Positions 1 to 10,907 of a DNA stretch of 64,000 nucleotides are shown piece by piece. The notes beneath the pieces are model-generated. The model was not told the origin of the DNA and searched no databases. It worked only from the letters and a program-made list of their open reading frames with translations. Every line of letters begins with the position of its first letter. Within the stretch, counting starts at the first letter, position 1. Made by a program: the position numbers and the translations under genes. This DNA is from an uncultured Parachlamydiaceae bacterium (GTDB taxonomy: Bacteria; Chlamydiota; Chlamydiia; Chlamydiales; Parachlamydiaceae): contig CAVVXH010000008.1 in the NCBI GenBank assembly GCA_963752155.1, forward strand, positions 1-64,000, given 5' to 3'.

Positions 1-738
1 TTGTTCTAATTCTTTCATTGATTTATGAACAATCGGTAAATCTTCATGAGAATCAATCTCTACATCGCCATGCCCAGGAAAATGTTTCAACGAAGCTATT
101 ATATTTGCCTGCTTGTACCCATGCAGAGCTTTTGCACCAAAGGTAAGAACAGTCTCTGGATGATCGCCAAAAGAACGAACTCCAATAATTGGATTACGAG
201 GGTTGATATTAATATCTACAACCGGAGCGAAGTTCATATTGACGCCAACGGCTTGTAATTCTTGTCCCATAGATAGTGCTGCCATCTGTGCTAGATTAGG
301 ATCTCGAGTTTCCCCCAGAGCCCTATTTCCAGGAAATACTGTAAAACCATTATCTAATCTAGCAACCACACCACCTTCTTGATCCACTGCAATAAAAAGA
401 GGGATAGGAAGCCGATTATCTTGAGTTAATTTTTGAAGGCCAAAACTTAAATTCTGAACTTGTTCGGGAGAATTTAATCCATTCGACCAATTGTAATAAA
501 TAATCCCTCCGACTTTCGTGTCATGAATAAGAGTCCTAGCGTCTTCATTAACAACTTCCCCATGAAAGTGGACCATGAGAAGCTGTCCTACTTTTTCCTC
601 AAGAGTCATTGTTTGAATGGTATTCACTGATAAACATGAGATGGATTGAGTATCTATAAGCTCTGAGTGAATAGCATCTCCTTGTAAACGGGAACAGGTA
701 AAACTAGTTAGGACTAAAAACAATATAAAATTTCCCAC
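1..738 (-). CDS. nagZ: GH3 beta-N-acetylhexosaminidase (runs off left edge; not in ORF track)
   Basis: Open frame from GTG at 738 encodes MTLEEKVGQL, AVDQEGG, NFAPVVD, RSFG and KHFPGHGD-x4-SH motifs. Confidence 0.85.
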   Translation of the reverse strand, partial: MGNFILFLVLTSFTCSRLQGDAIHSELIDTQSISCLSVNTIQTMTLEEKVGQLLMVHFHGEVVNEDARTLIHDTKVGGIIYYNWSNGLNSPEQVQNLSFGLQKLTQDNRLPIPLFIAVDQEGGVVARLDNGFTVFPGNRALGETRDPNLAQMAALSMGQELQAVGVNMNFAPVVDININPRNPIIGVRSFGDHPETVLTFGAKALHGYKQANIIASLKHFPGHGDVEIDSHEDLPIVHKSMKELEQ

Positions 739-752
739 TTTTTAACTTCCTT

Positions 753-902
753 TTAAATTTGAGGCTTATACCAGGCTGTTTTGAAGGCTATGTCTATCAC
801 ATCATTAGGTTCAAACATGGCAATAAATTGTTTGTATATTTCTAGCCTGTCTTCTCCTCCGCCGGATGTCAAAAGCAATGCTTGACCATACTCTCCAATA
901 TC
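753..902 (-). pseudogene. C-terminal remnant of APH(9)-like aminoglycoside phosphotransferase
   Basis: DIGEYGQALLLTSGGGEDRLEIYKQFIAMFEPNDVIDIAF resembles the APH(9)-Ia C-terminus; homologous copy at 55860-56000. Confidence 0.6.
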
Positions 903-993
903 TGTGGTGATGAAACTCTAGATAAAGCATTTTTAGGTCATATACAAACCTTAGCTATGGGCTATATGGGCTACTAAAAAGAAGCTTTTCTCA

Positions 994-1884
994 TCAATCC
1001 CACCCCAGCTCAGAATAGAATTCCCCATTGGAAATGGCTTTAAGAACAACTGCATTATAATCGACAATATTGACCGGAAGATTTTCCATAGGAAAAAACT
1101 CCAAGCTTTCACATTTTTCAGGCTCACAATTTTTTATATTTCCTTCCCACAATGGACAGTCAAAAAAGATATCAACATTCAAGCGATTTGTTTGGCGATG
1201 CATCACATGGACTACCTTGATTTGATCATAAGATAACTTGATGCCGATCTCTTCATGAGTCTCTCGAATCATTGCAACTGTCGCAGATTCACCATTTTCC
1301 ACATGCCCAGCTACCAAACTCCACATTCCATCACAATAACCAGTATTTTTTCTTAAATGAAGAAGTATCTTATTGCCTTGTTTCAAAATAAGGTAGGCAT
1401 TCACACTGGCTCCAGTTCTCTTTTTCATAACCATAGTTTGGTAATGTTGTAGAGCTTCTTTAGCTCCATCCATTAAAGCTATGGTTTCAATATCTTTTGA
1501 GGTAGCCCATATGTAGCTCTGATGCTCATCAGATAAATGAACCTCGGGCATTTGATCTAGGTGGACCTTAAAGACATGATATACGTAATCCACTTCCGGC
1601 TTGCGTATGTATAATGAATTTAGGCGTTGGATTCGAGCAGGGTTTTCAAGAGAAATACCCGTTTCTTCCAACAACTCTCTTTCTGCAGCATTTTCTGGAG
1701 CTTCATTATTTTCAAGCTTACCGGCAGGCACTCCCCATTTTCCCGGCTCTAGTTTTCCGTGGGCTCGTTGTAATAAAAGCAGTTTATTATTTATCTCCAA
1801 ATAACAGGCTGCAACTTCGACTTGAGGAGTAAATCCTGCAGGGGCGATTTCATGTACTTCCAATCCTGAAGCTAATTTCTTCAT
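994..1884 (-). CDS. Tandem two-domain Nudix hydrolase
   Basis: Two Nudix boxes: GKLENNEAPENAAERELLEETG and GHVENGESATVAMIRETHEEIG. Confidence 0.9.
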   Translation of the reverse strand: MKKLASGLEVHEIAPAGFTPQVEVAACYLEINNKLLLLQRAHGKLEPGKWGVPAGKLENNEAPENAAERELLEETGISLENPARIQRLNSLYIRKPEVDYVYHVFKVHLDQMPEVHLSDEHQSYIWATSKDIETIALMDGAKEALQHYQTMVMKKRTGASVNAYLILKQGNKILLHLRKNTGYCDGMWSLVAGHVENGESATVAMIRETHEEIGIKLSYDQIKVVHVMHRQTNRLNVDIFFDCPLWEGNIKNCEPEKCESLEFFPMENLPVNIVDYNAVVLKAISNGEFYSELGWD

Positions 1885-2095
1885 ATAGATTCTCTTTCTT
1901 TGTGGTATTCTGCGTATTTCAATTCTTTAACAAAAGAGTGTCTAGCCTAATATACGCAGAAATTGGAAGAGGTTGCTCTTTTGTAGAGGATGGTTTAAGA
2001 GAGATAAAATATTCATCCACATTTCCGATTTCTAAAATATCGTCAACATCAAAGTCTTGGCTTACATGATCGAGTAGCACGACATCATCCTCAAT

Positions 2096-2653
2096 CTACT
2101 TTATTGCGATATAAATTTTTACTTCTGGATTTTGTTGAGGGTCGAAATCGCTACGATAGACTTCAAAATCGCTTGTATAGGATCGAGATAAATTGGATTT
2201 CCATATATCTTGCCACACAGCAATAAGTCCTTGTGGAAACTCTCCTTTAGTTGTGAAAACAGCATACATTGATTCAGTAATTACTTTGCCTACAAGTCCT
2301 TCTGGCACTTCATCTAAACTAGAAACTTCGCACCCAAGAATCCAAGAGTAAGGTTTTGTATAGTCTCCTTCATAGTCTGTATAGAGTGCAAGGATATTTC
2401 CATTCATTCTGTTTGGAATTTTCGAAATGATGTTCTCTTTGAAAAACCTGTCTTTGTGAGCTGGCATAGCCAAAGAGCATTCCTCATTATTAGTCCGTAG
2501 CTCCAAGCCAATAAATAATTTTTCGGTCTGATGCTCTATAATATGGTTCATGCCTACTCCTTGACTATGAATCTGTTGCTGTTTTTTTTCATCACAATAA
2601 CTCCATGAACAAGTAAGGATAAGTGCGAAAAGGAACAAGTTTTTAATTTTCAT
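2096..2653 (-). CDS. GyrI-like/Cass2 effector-binding protein (probable real start ATG 2551)
   Basis: ALYTDYEGDYTKPYS..GCEV, YAVFT, DFEVY motifs; AAGGAG RBS before MNHIIEH. Confidence 0.8.
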   Translation of the reverse strand: MKIKNLFLFALILTCSWSYCDEKKQQQIHSQGVGMNHIIEHQTEKLFIGLELRTNNEECSLAMPAHKDRFFKENIISKIPNRMNGNILALYTDYEGDYTKPYSWILGCEVSSLDEVPEGLVGKVITESMYAVFTTKGEFPQGLIAVWQDIWKSNLSRSYTSDFEVYRSDFDPQQNPEVKIYIAIK

Positions 2654-2797
2654 TTATTTCTCTCCGAATGCAGAATGTTTTCTCTGAATACAATAGAGTT
2701 AATCAGAATCACTTTTTCCTTTCAAGGAAATCTACGTTGTATTCTTAAAAATTCTGAAGATTTCCCTTCGGAAAATTAACATGTTATTGAAAACCTT

Positions 2798-3730
2798 TTA
2801 GTTTATTTTTCTTAAAAATTTATTCAATTCACTAAAAAATTGAGAAGGTTGTTCAATGTATGGAAAATGATCGCAATGATCTAGTACAACGATTTCAGAT
2901 TGAGGAATGGCATCTTTTATCTCTTGAGCTGTCCAGAGAGGGACAATATCTTGCTTACCATGAAGGATAAAAGTTGGAACTGACAGCCTCTTGAGACTTG
3001 GAAATAGGTTAATGTTGGGTTGAAGCCAAAACGTTTTTGACATCTCTTCCTGTACTTTAAAGCTACTCTGTGCAGACGCTACCCCGAAATTAAGACTTAA
3101 GTCCTTAACTTTTTCAGAATTGTAAAAATAAACAGATAACAATTTACGGTATAAATCTGATATTTGAGGAGCGTTTAGCTCTTTGAAATCTTTATATGAA
3201 AAAAATGGAGTAATATCGTTATGAATATTTTTAGTCCTTAATCCAAATTCGTCAAGAAAAGCTTTTTGCCCTTTGGAGTCTGCAGGTGCTGTGTTTAGGA
3301 GGATTAATCCTATTAGATTTTCTTGATGATCAACAGCATATTGCATTGCCAGTAATCCTCCCCAGGAATGCCCCATTAAGATAAATTTATCGAATCCAAG
3401 CGATATCCGTAAGGTTTCTAAATCTTCAACAAACTGATGAATATTGATATACTTCTCATCCAATTTTGTTTCGAGAGATCTTCCAGATCCTCGTTGATCA
3501 TAGAAAATGACAAGATTGTTTTCTGCTAGCTTGTATAGTTGTGGCAGAAGATATTCTTGGTTTAAGCTAGGTCCACCATGCAATACAATTAATGGCACCC
3601 CGTTCCCAACTGTTCTATAGAAAAGCTTACCATCTCTAACAGAAACAAAGCCTTCTTTTACTTGTGTCTTTGAGGTTAGTTCTTCCTCATTAATTGCGGA
3701 TATTTTTTTATTCATTATATCTCTAATCAT
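2798..3730 (-). CDS. Alpha/beta hydrolase, proline iminopeptidase-like
   Basis: HGGP, YDQRGSGRS, GHSWGG nucleophile elbow, C-terminal DHFP His. Confidence 0.85.
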   Translation of the reverse strand: MIRDIMNKKISAINEEELTSKTQVKEGFVSVRDGKLFYRTVGNGVPLIVLHGGPSLNQEYLLPQLYKLAENNLVIFYDQRGSGRSLETKLDEKYINIHQFVEDLETLRISLGFDKFILMGHSWGGLLAMQYAVDHQENLIGLILLNTAPADSKGQKAFLDEFGLRTKNIHNDITPFFSYKDFKELNAPQISDLYRKLLSVYFYNSEKVKDLSLNFGVASAQSSFKVQEEMSKTFWLQPNINLFPSLKRLSVPTFILHGKQDIVPLWTAQEIKDAIPQSEIVVLDHCDHFPYIEQPSQFFSELNKFLRKIN

Positions 3731-3806
3731 TCATAAGGGGGTAAAAAAGATTATGATATCAAATCCTAGATATAATTCAACTAAAAACAAGGTGAACCTT
3801 CTTTTC

Positions 3807-4853
3807 TTAATTCATTTTTTCTGCGAACAAATCCGTAGCTGTAGCTAAAGCTTTGGCGATAGCAGGATCATTAGCAGAATGTCCCCCTTCTGTAATCATC
3901 CAAAGGGTACTATTTGTCCAATTCTTATGTAAAGAATAAGCTGCCTCAGGTAGATCCATCGCATCCCATCTACCATGAATGATGATAGCTGGTAGATCTG
4001 CCAATTTGTGCATTTGAGATAAGATTTGATTTGGCTTCAAAAAAAAGTGATTGATGGAATAATGCAAGAACGCTTTCGACATGCTAAGAATGAGTTTGTC
4101 ATCCTTTAAAATTTTTTCTAGAGCTTCTGGATTAGGAAGATGAGTAGAACAGATAGTAGCAAAACGTATAAATGTACGAGCTGCTTCCATATGAACTTGT
4201 GGGTTAGGATCAATAATTCTATTGTAATAGGCGGAGAGTAGATCATTGCGCTCTTCTTCAGGAATATATCTTAGAAATAGATCATATGCTTCAGGAAACA
4301 CTTTTCCAGTTCCATAAATCACATGCAAATAATCTTGTTCTCTTCCAAGAAATATCCCTCTTAGAATGAATCCCATGCAATGTTGTGGATTTTCTTGCCC
4401 ATACAAAATGGCTAAAGTAGATCCCCAAGAACCGCCAAATACAACCCATTTCTCAATGCCTAAATGTTTCCTTAGAACTTCTATATCAGCTATAGAATGT
4501 TGGGGGCTATTCTCATCCATACAAGCAAATGGTTCAGATCTCATTGCTCCTCTTTGGTCAAACATCACCACATTCCAACGAGTAAGATCAAAAAAACAAG
4601 ACATAGCCTCATTGCAACCAGCTCCAGGCCCCCCATGCAAAATGACAACAGGAATCCCATTTGGATTACCATAGGTTGCATAAAATAATTTATGAATTTC
4701 AGACGCCTTGATATGTCCTTCTTCTCTTGGCTTCTCAATAGGATAAAGCGAATGGTCGAAAAGGACTTCTTTGTGAGAGTCTAATGACAAAGAGGCTACG
4801 TGTAAATGAAAAGTCATAAAAATAAAAAACCCTATAAAAATGAAAGCTTGCAC
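3807..4853 (-). CDS. pip: Prolyl aminopeptidase (peptidase S33)
   Basis: GNPNGIPVVILHGGPG, FDQRG, GGSWGSTLA, LRGIFL, GRWD, GGHS. Confidence 0.9.
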   Translation of the reverse strand: MQAFIFIGFFIFMTFHLHVASLSLDSHKEVLFDHSLYPIEKPREEGHIKASEIHKLFYATYGNPNGIPVVILHGGPGAGCNEAMSCFFDLTRWNVVMFDQRGAMRSEPFACMDENSPQHSIADIEVLRKHLGIEKWVVFGGSWGSTLAILYGQENPQHCMGFILRGIFLGREQDYLHVIYGTGKVFPEAYDLFLRYIPEEERNDLLSAYYNRIIDPNPQVHMEAARTFIRFATICSTHLPNPEALEKILKDDKLILSMSKAFLHYSINHFFLKPNQILSQMHKLADLPAIIIHGRWDAMDLPEAAYSLHKNWTNSTLWMITEGGHSANDPAIAKALATATDLFAEKMN

Positions 4854-4932
4854 TATTTCTCGCTATTTACCAAGATTCAGGCATTTCAGGTAAAGAAACA
4901 TGTTTGGGACATTTTCAAAGACTACTTCACTT

Positions 4933-5457
4933 TCATAACGAGGCCTTTTTAATCAGTTTAACGGCGCGTTTATAGGGAGCGACAGTGTTGACTTGAATCC
5001 ACTTGATTAACGGCCATGATTTTCCTGATTGAAGTGTGCACCAGGGCCAAATTCCGATCCGATCGAGATGACCCTTTTCTTCTTCTTGATTCACAATTTT
5101 AAGGATGTTCAGGACTAACTCGTCAAGAATTTTCATTTGCTCTTCAGCACCATCATATCTGTATTTTTTATAAAAGTGTTTAGCGATTTCTACGTAGCTC
5201 CACTGCGAGAAGCCATCTCCAGGCATTTCAGGGTATTCGCCTCGCAAACCTGTCTCATACCATCGAATTAAACATTTAGCCCATCCAATTTGGTAAGCGA
5301 TCAAATCAACAACACTGATTTTACCGCCTGTTCCATCGATTAATTTTAGCTGTCGTTGAGAAATAGAAATAGCAGCTGTGGTGTCCTTTAAACTATCATA
5401 TTCTTGTCTAATTTTGCTGCTAAAATCTGTAGGCGATGTCCTCTTTGAACTTTTCAT
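4933..5457 (-). CDS. ClbS/DfsB (DUF1706) family four-helix bundle protein
   Basis: LIAYQIGW..L..WY, P.MPGDGF.W, WPLIKWIQVNTVAPY pattern; start taken at MKSSK. Confidence 0.7.
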   Translation of the reverse strand: MKSSKRTSPTDFSSKIRQEYDSLKDTTAAISISQRQLKLIDGTGGKISVVDLIAYQIGWAKCLIRWYETGLRGEYPEMPGDGFSQWSYVEIAKHFYKKYRYDGAEEQMKILDELVLNILKIVNQEEEKGHLDRIGIWPWCTLQSGKSWPLIKWIQVNTVAPYKRAVKLIKKASL

Positions 5458-5461
5458 ACTT

Positions 5462-6787
5462 TCATCTTGAGATACATTCAATAGGAGATTGTAGAAGAAT
5501 TCGAGGAATACCACCTAGACGCCCTTGCAGATAACTTTTTCGAATGTCTTTGTCATAGCGCACATCTTTATACTCACTGAAAGACAATAAGCTGGAAATC
5601 CCACCCGCATTTCGCTCTGCAATCCACATTTCATCTCGTCGCAACAATTCCTGATCCATCAATAACACATTATGAGTGGTAAATAGTAACTGAGAGCGAC
5701 TATTATGAGAACATTTTGAAAGATAGTCTTCCAGAAGTCGCCTGATCAGCAGTGTATGCAAACTCCTGTCTACTTCATCGATGACATAGACTTTTTTGGA
5801 TTGTGCTGCAGACAATTCTAAAAAAGCTGGAAGGAGGTCAATGACTCGTTGAGAACCGTCCGATTCTTGTCTCATATCAAACTTCATTTCTGAACCATCA
5901 GAATTTAAATGATACGTGACCAATTTTTTTGAGATTAGTTCGCCATTCTTTCGGGTTACGACAAAACGCTCGTTCATAGGTTCGGCTAATAATCTAACAG
6001 TAGAATCCTCTGCTAATTCTTCTCTCAACTTCATCTTTATCGGTTCAGGCAATGGTAGATTTTCAAAGGGGATTTCTTCACCACCAAGGTGGGATATCCC
6101 AGTATCTAATTGGGATAACATCTTATTCATCGTTGCGTATAAGGGATGTCCTTCATCCAAAAATTGCTCAAAAAGTTCAAACCTTGAATCAGGCGCGATG
6201 AGTTCCAATGTATCTTTAAACCAGTCATACACCGGCTTGAAAGTATCTATTTTCTGAGAAACTGAATTAGTGAGGAAAAGTTGATTATCGCGAGTGCCCT
6301 TAAAAGCAAAAAGGAGTGGTTGGTCACTTTTTAGAGATGAATCGAAATTAGGTTCTCCTGATACTCGATGATAAAGCGTTTTTTCGCTATTACTAGAAAT
6401 GTGAATCAATTTTTCTTCTAAAATGGTTTTGCGATTAACTGAGAAGCTAAATGCATAAACTGTTTCGTCGATTAACAGTTCAAACTCAAAATGCGCTGGT
6501 TGCTCGATTTTTTGTCCGTTTCCAAGCCTAAAACTATCTACAGCAATTAGGCTGTAAGGTTGGGTCCCTTTAACGATCAGTCCTTTTGCAAAATGTAGAG
6601 CCTTAAAAAGATTAGTTTTTCCAGACGCGTTCCCTCCATATACAGCCGCAACAGGAAGGACTCCTAACTTAAGTTTGCCTATTTTAGGGATGCGTTCTCC
6701 GTGTTGACGCTCACGGCTGGCTATCAACGAAAAAATTGCTTTGGCTTGGAAGGACATCCAATTTTCAATTGAAAATCGAATCAACAT
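5462..6787 (-). CDS. AAA_21 ATPase, RloA/AbiEii-associated type
   Basis: [11 protein letters not shown] start, [11 protein letters not shown]alker [32 protein letters not shown] end. Confidence 0.85.
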   Translation of the reverse strand: MLIRFSIENWMSFQAKAIFSLIASRERQHGERIPKIGKLKLGVLPVAAVYGGNASGKTNLFKALHFAKGLIVKGTQPYSLIAVDSFRLGNGQKIEQPAHFEFELLIDETVYAFSFSVNRKTILEEKLIHISSNSEKTLYHRVSGEPNFDSSLKSDQPLLFAFKGTRDNQLFLTNSVSQKIDTFKPVYDWFKDTLELIAPDSRFELFEQFLDEGHPLYATMNKMLSQLDTGISHLGGEEIPFENLPLPEPIKMKLREELAEDSTVRLLAEPMNERFVVTRKNGELISKKLVTYHLNSDGSEMKFDMRQESDGSQRVIDLLPAFLELSAAQSKKVYVIDEVDRSLHTLLIRRLLEDYLSKCSHNSRSQLLFTTHNVLLMDQELLRRDEMWIAERNAGGISSLLSFSEYKDVRYDKDIRKSYLQGRLGGIPRILLQSPIECISR

Positions 6788-7018
6788 GAGAAGACTCCTT
6801 TGCGAGATAATTTCTCTCAATATAACTTCATTTTAGCTGATTTTGAGTTAAAAATCAATAGTTAAAGAGAAAAAATCTCATATAGCACTTGTTAGACTTA
6901 AGCCAACAGATTTACGATTCTGCATGCGATATTATCATATTTAAGAACTTGAGGAACAAATGATTCAAAGGTAAACATCTAAAAACATCTAATTGGTGTT
7001 TGTAGCTTACTGGTAAGC

Positions 7019-7839
7019 GGTTACGCTGCAATTCATGAGTCCTTTGATGATACTAAGGCTATCCGACTCATTTCCTGGATGGGTTGTATAACTGATTATA
7101 GCCCCTATGCTAGGCCCATTAGGAGGTAGTTATTTTCTTCTTTACTTTCTTGGAGGGCTATTTTTTGGTTCATTACTTTTGTTCTGCAGCTGCCATTATG
7201 GTTCTCTTTTTTGTTATGCCTGAAACTAATACAACTAAGGGTCATAAGCGAGAACTTGGAGAATCTGGCGCCTACTTAAATTTGTTAAGCAATAGTCGTT
7301 TTTTAACAAGTTCATTAACTTTGGGATTGCTGATATCGGTCATGATTGCATGGATCTCTGCATCCCCATTTTTACTTATGGAAGGCGAACAGTTGACATT
7401 TATTGAATTTGGCTTGGTACAAATACCCATCTTTGCTCTGTATGCAATTGCAACCAGATTTGTAGGACCGATTCATGAGCGATATGGTAGTGAAAAACTA
7501 TTCAAACTTGGTTTTGGTATTATGCTGACATCCTTACTCTTTCTTATGTTCGGTCATTTTCTCAGTTTGAACTACATGTACAGGCTTATTATTCCTGTTG
7601 CCATTTACTCATTTGGTTTTGGGTTTATATCTGCACCTCTTAACCGGAGCGTGTTTACGAGCACAGATGTCAAAAAGGGAACGGTGACAGCTATGTTTTA
7701 TCTAATTGAGATGGGCACGGCAAGCTTAATCACTTTAGGTTTAAGCTTTCTTTCGTTTTTTTCACTTGTGCTTTGCCTAGTCACTGTGGCTTGTTTGAGT
7801 ATGTTGATAAGGGAAAAGAAAAGAGTAGAGTCCTTCTAA
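7019..7839 (+). pseudogene. 5'-truncated, frameshifted MdfA/Bcr-like MFS drug transporter
   Basis: GYAAIHESF..IAPMLGPLGG upstream in another frame, then MPET and C-terminal TM helices; first TM helices absent. Confidence 0.7.
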
Positions 7840-7844
7840 AATCC

Positions 7845-7874
7845 GGCAGCGATGGCTTGTATGCTATCGCTGCC
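7845..7874 (+). terminator. GC-rich hairpin after MFS stop
   Basis: GGCAGCGATGGC-ttgtat-GCTATCGCTGCC; no clear U-tract. Confidence 0.4.
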
Positions 7875-8095
7875 ACATAGATTATCTGATTCAAAATTCG
7901 ATTGATTCGATCCACTATTACTTTATCGACTCAATCGAATCATATCAACTCATTTGAGTCAATAGTCTAGATTCGGATATACCTTGTTCAAAACTAAAAA
8001 AAATGCTAGATCTTGAATTTTAAAACACCGTTTTTAACGTGAGGATTCTACAGCATGTTGAATCCAATAAAGTTAGGAATTTCTGGCGGTATATT

Positions 8096-8926
8096 ATGAG
8101 AATTATGAAACTTATCATTATATTGATACTTATAGTGATTTCTTTGGGTGTATTAGCTCACAGCTACTTTAAAAAAGAAAATTTATCGTCCAAAGTTTAT
8201 CGTATTGCAATTGACGAAACATGGTACCCATTAAATCTGTTTAATAAGAAAGAGGATTTACTGGTTTTCTCAGAGGAACTCATTCAAACAATCGCAAAAA
8301 AACAAAATTTTTCTATACAATTATTACAAGTTGGATCTGATAATTTATTTCAAGGATTGGATGAAGGAGATTATGAAGCCGTCCTTTCTTCATTAATTGT
8401 ACTCGAAAAGAACGGCGCAAATTACGCATTTACTTCGAGCACCAGTATAGAAGAGAATTCTGAAAGTTATATATTTTCAAAACCTTATTATCTTCTTGGA
8501 CCTGTGATTGTCGTATCATCCTCATCTCCCATTAAATCTGTAAAAGAATTAAATGGAAAAACGATAGGAATAACAAAAGGATCTATACCAGTCAGCTATT
8601 TAATTAATAACAGTTCGATAAATTTAATTTTTTACGATTATAATGATAATGGTAAATTAGTTGATGATGTTATTAACCACGTCATCGACGGTATGATTTT
8701 GGACACAATACCAGCATACGAATATACAAAGAGTACTTTTTTTCAAAGTCAGTTGAAGATTGCTTCAGTACCCTTGAATCGTGAGGGTCTGCGACTTATT
8801 GCTAAAAACAATCCTGAATCTGAGGAATTAATTTTTAAATTTAATGAAGGATTAATGGCCATCAAAAAAAATGGTGTTTATGGTCAACTGCTCTCAAAAT
8901 GGGATCTATTTAACCCACTCAATTGA
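8096..8926 (+). CDS. Polar amino-acid ABC substrate-binding protein (family 3), orphan
   Basis: N-terminal hydrophobic anchor, IAIDETWYPL, FSKPYY, ELNGKTIG, FNEGL..IKKNGVY..LLSKW. Confidence 0.8.
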   Translation: MRIMKLIIILILIVISLGVLAHSYFKKENLSSKVYRIAIDETWYPLNLFNKKEDLLVFSEELIQTIAKKQNFSIQLLQVGSDNLFQGLDEGDYEAVLSSLIVLEKNGANYAFTSSTSIEENSESYIFSKPYYLLGPVIVVSSSSPIKSVKELNGKTIGITKGSIPVSYLINNSSINLIFYDYNDNGKLVDDVINHVIDGMILDTIPAYEYTKSTFFQSQLKIASVPLNREGLRLIAKNNPESEELIFKFNEGLMAIKKNGVYGQLLSKWDLFNPLN

Positions 8927-8959
8927 TCTGCGTTATGAGCATACGGATTGATTATAACA

Positions 8960-9000
8960 TTTCTCTTAGCTGTTGAATTTAACAAATCAGCTAAGAGAAA
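8960..9000. repeat. 13-bp inverted repeat between convergent genes (possible bidirectional terminator)
   Basis: TTTCTCTTAGCTG..CAGCTAAGAGAAA; third arm copy at 10111-10123. Confidence 0.6.
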
Positions 9001-9019
9001 CAATTAAAAAAACTGTAAA

Positions 9020-9949
9020 TTATTCTGGGAGCAATTCAACAGCTTCTTGCCAACATCTTGTGGTTAACAAGCTATTCTGCAATTCACCTGATGCAATATT
9101 TCTCAATCTAATAAATGCTAATTTAGCGCCCTCACCTTGTGGTTCTGTTTCAAATTGCGTTGGATTTGCAGTCAGGTCCTGAAGTTGCCTTAATATCTCT
9201 TCATCATTGATTTCTTGACGCAAAGCTAGGATAAGATTTTTAGTCACAGGTTTAAAAAAATCAGGAATTTCATCATTTTTTTTATCACCAGCTGTGTAGA
9301 TATAAACAGCTTTAGTCAATATGAACATGAATATAGATGGATACATATCCCTAAAGAGATTTTTAGTGTCATCACTGGCACCTGATAATACATCCTGAGT
9401 AATGAAATTGGCACCCTGATCAATCATCAACTGAGTTGCACGTCCTGCAGCAAGAATAGGCTCAAGCAACCCATTGTTAACATTTCCAAGTCTATATTGT
9501 CGTCCCCAATCAGCTATAAATAATCGATCGTCTAACCGAAATAATGTAAGAGAAGTAGGATTAAACATTCCTGCCCAGTAACGTGCAAAACTTTCCCTAG
9601 TCATTACATTTACGAAGAGTGGATTGTAAATTAATGTGTCAGCCAATCCCCAAATAATTGTAAAAGAACTGCTTTGTAGAAGTTTTGCAAAGAATTTACA
9701 AGGTTTATCAGTAACTGGGTATAATGCAAGTGATACGAATGCAAGTGCGGCATAAGCTACTGTTTCTACGGCCGATGTAGCAGTAAGAAGAATCAGTCCA
9801 ATTTCAGTAGAGACTACTTTGCCTAAATGTTTCAATCTATTATTTATACCTTGACGTCCACCCAACCATCCCTCTTCTCTTCCTTGTGGATTTCTCCACG
9901 CCAACAACTCAGTCATTAAATGACTAGATACGCATCTTGTTACTAACAT
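9020..9949 (-). CDS. Hypothetical protein with N-terminal hydrophobic segment
   Basis: 309-aa ORF with AAGGAG RBS; no family recognised. Confidence 0.7.
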   Translation of the reverse strand: MLVTRCVSSHLMTELLAWRNPQGREEGWLGGRQGINNRLKHLGKVVSTEIGLILLTATSAVETVAYAALAFVSLALYPVTDKPCKFFAKLLQSSSFTIIWGLADTLIYNPLFVNVMTRESFARYWAGMFNPTSLTLFRLDDRLFIADWGRQYRLGNVNNGLLEPILAAGRATQLMIDQGANFITQDVLSGASDDTKNLFRDMYPSIFMFILTKAVYIYTAGDKKNDEIPDFFKPVTKNLILALRQEINDEEILRQLQDLTANPTQFETEPQGEGAKLAFIRLRNIASGELQNSLLTTRCWQEAVELLPE

Positions 9950-10329
9950 AACTTTCGTCTCCTTGAAAAATTAAACTTTATTCAATAATTTAAAGTAAAA
10001 AAAAATCGAAAAAAAATTATGATCGGAAAATCAGTTCGAAGATTTTTATTCCACAGTATACTGGACTCCCAAATAAAATTCAAGCAATGACTCTTGAGGA
10101 AAAAGTACGACAGCTAAGAGAAAGTTATTGTGGTAATCCTTCAGACCAAGATCTGAGCCTCTGGGTTCTAAGTTTCAAAAAAAAGATTGAGTCAAAAGCA
10201 TGATCGGAATGATGAGATACAATTTTTGATGTGTTCAGAATGATGAGATACATTGCTTACAAGAACTTTCTCTTTGTCAAAAACAGATTTTCAATTACTT
10301 TAAGGATATCTTCTATATAAGGTGAAAAC

Positions 10330-10896
10330 ATGAAAAAAATATGGTCACTATTAACTGCAATATGTTTTTTATCAGCAATCAATACTATTTCAGCGGAGGA
10401 ACCAATGGAGTATCTAGAATCTTCTAAAGCAGTTCCCCATGGTAAAGCGCCAGGATTGAAAGTAAAATTATTGAGCGATTCCAATGGTGTAAAAAATTAT
10501 GTCCTAGTTTTTTCTGATGGTGATGAGGTGCTTTCTGGTATTACTGATTTTGCAAATAAATACAATGTTAAGGATGCGCATTTCACAGCTATAGGTGCAT
10601 TAAAAAAATCTATTTCGGGTTGGTATGACGCGTCTAAGAAAGCATATAAACTTAATCATATCAATCAACAGGCAGAAATAGTCTCCTTAATTGGAAATAT
10701 TTCTTTACTAAATAACAAACCTATTGTTCATGCTCATTTTGCAGTAGGCTTTCCTGATGGGAAAGTTGAGGGAGGACACTTGATCGAAGCTTATACATTT
10801 CCTACGGTAGAAATGTTTATTACAGTTGATCCGACACCAATAAATAAACATCTAGATCAGCAGACTGGATTGAATTTAATTGATCCTAATTTATGA
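10330..10896 (+). CDS. PPC/DUF296 domain protein with signal peptide
   Basis: FTAIGAL, EIVSLIGNI, VHAH, GGHL motifs. Confidence 0.85.
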   Translation: MKKIWSLLTAICFLSAINTISAEEPMEYLESSKAVPHGKAPGLKVKLLSDSNGVKNYVLVFSDGDEVLSGITDFANKYNVKDAHFTAIGALKKSISGWYDASKKAYKLNHINQQAEIVSLIGNISLLNNKPIVHAHFAVGFPDGKVEGGHLIEAYTFPTVEMFITVDPTPINKHLDQQTGLNLIDPNL

Positions 10897-10907
10897 GAGT
10901 CAATACC

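Noticed and set aside
7896..7940. 16-bp inverted repeat (1 mismatch) as another MITE
   Set aside because: Real, but short and degenerate with no clear ends or target duplication
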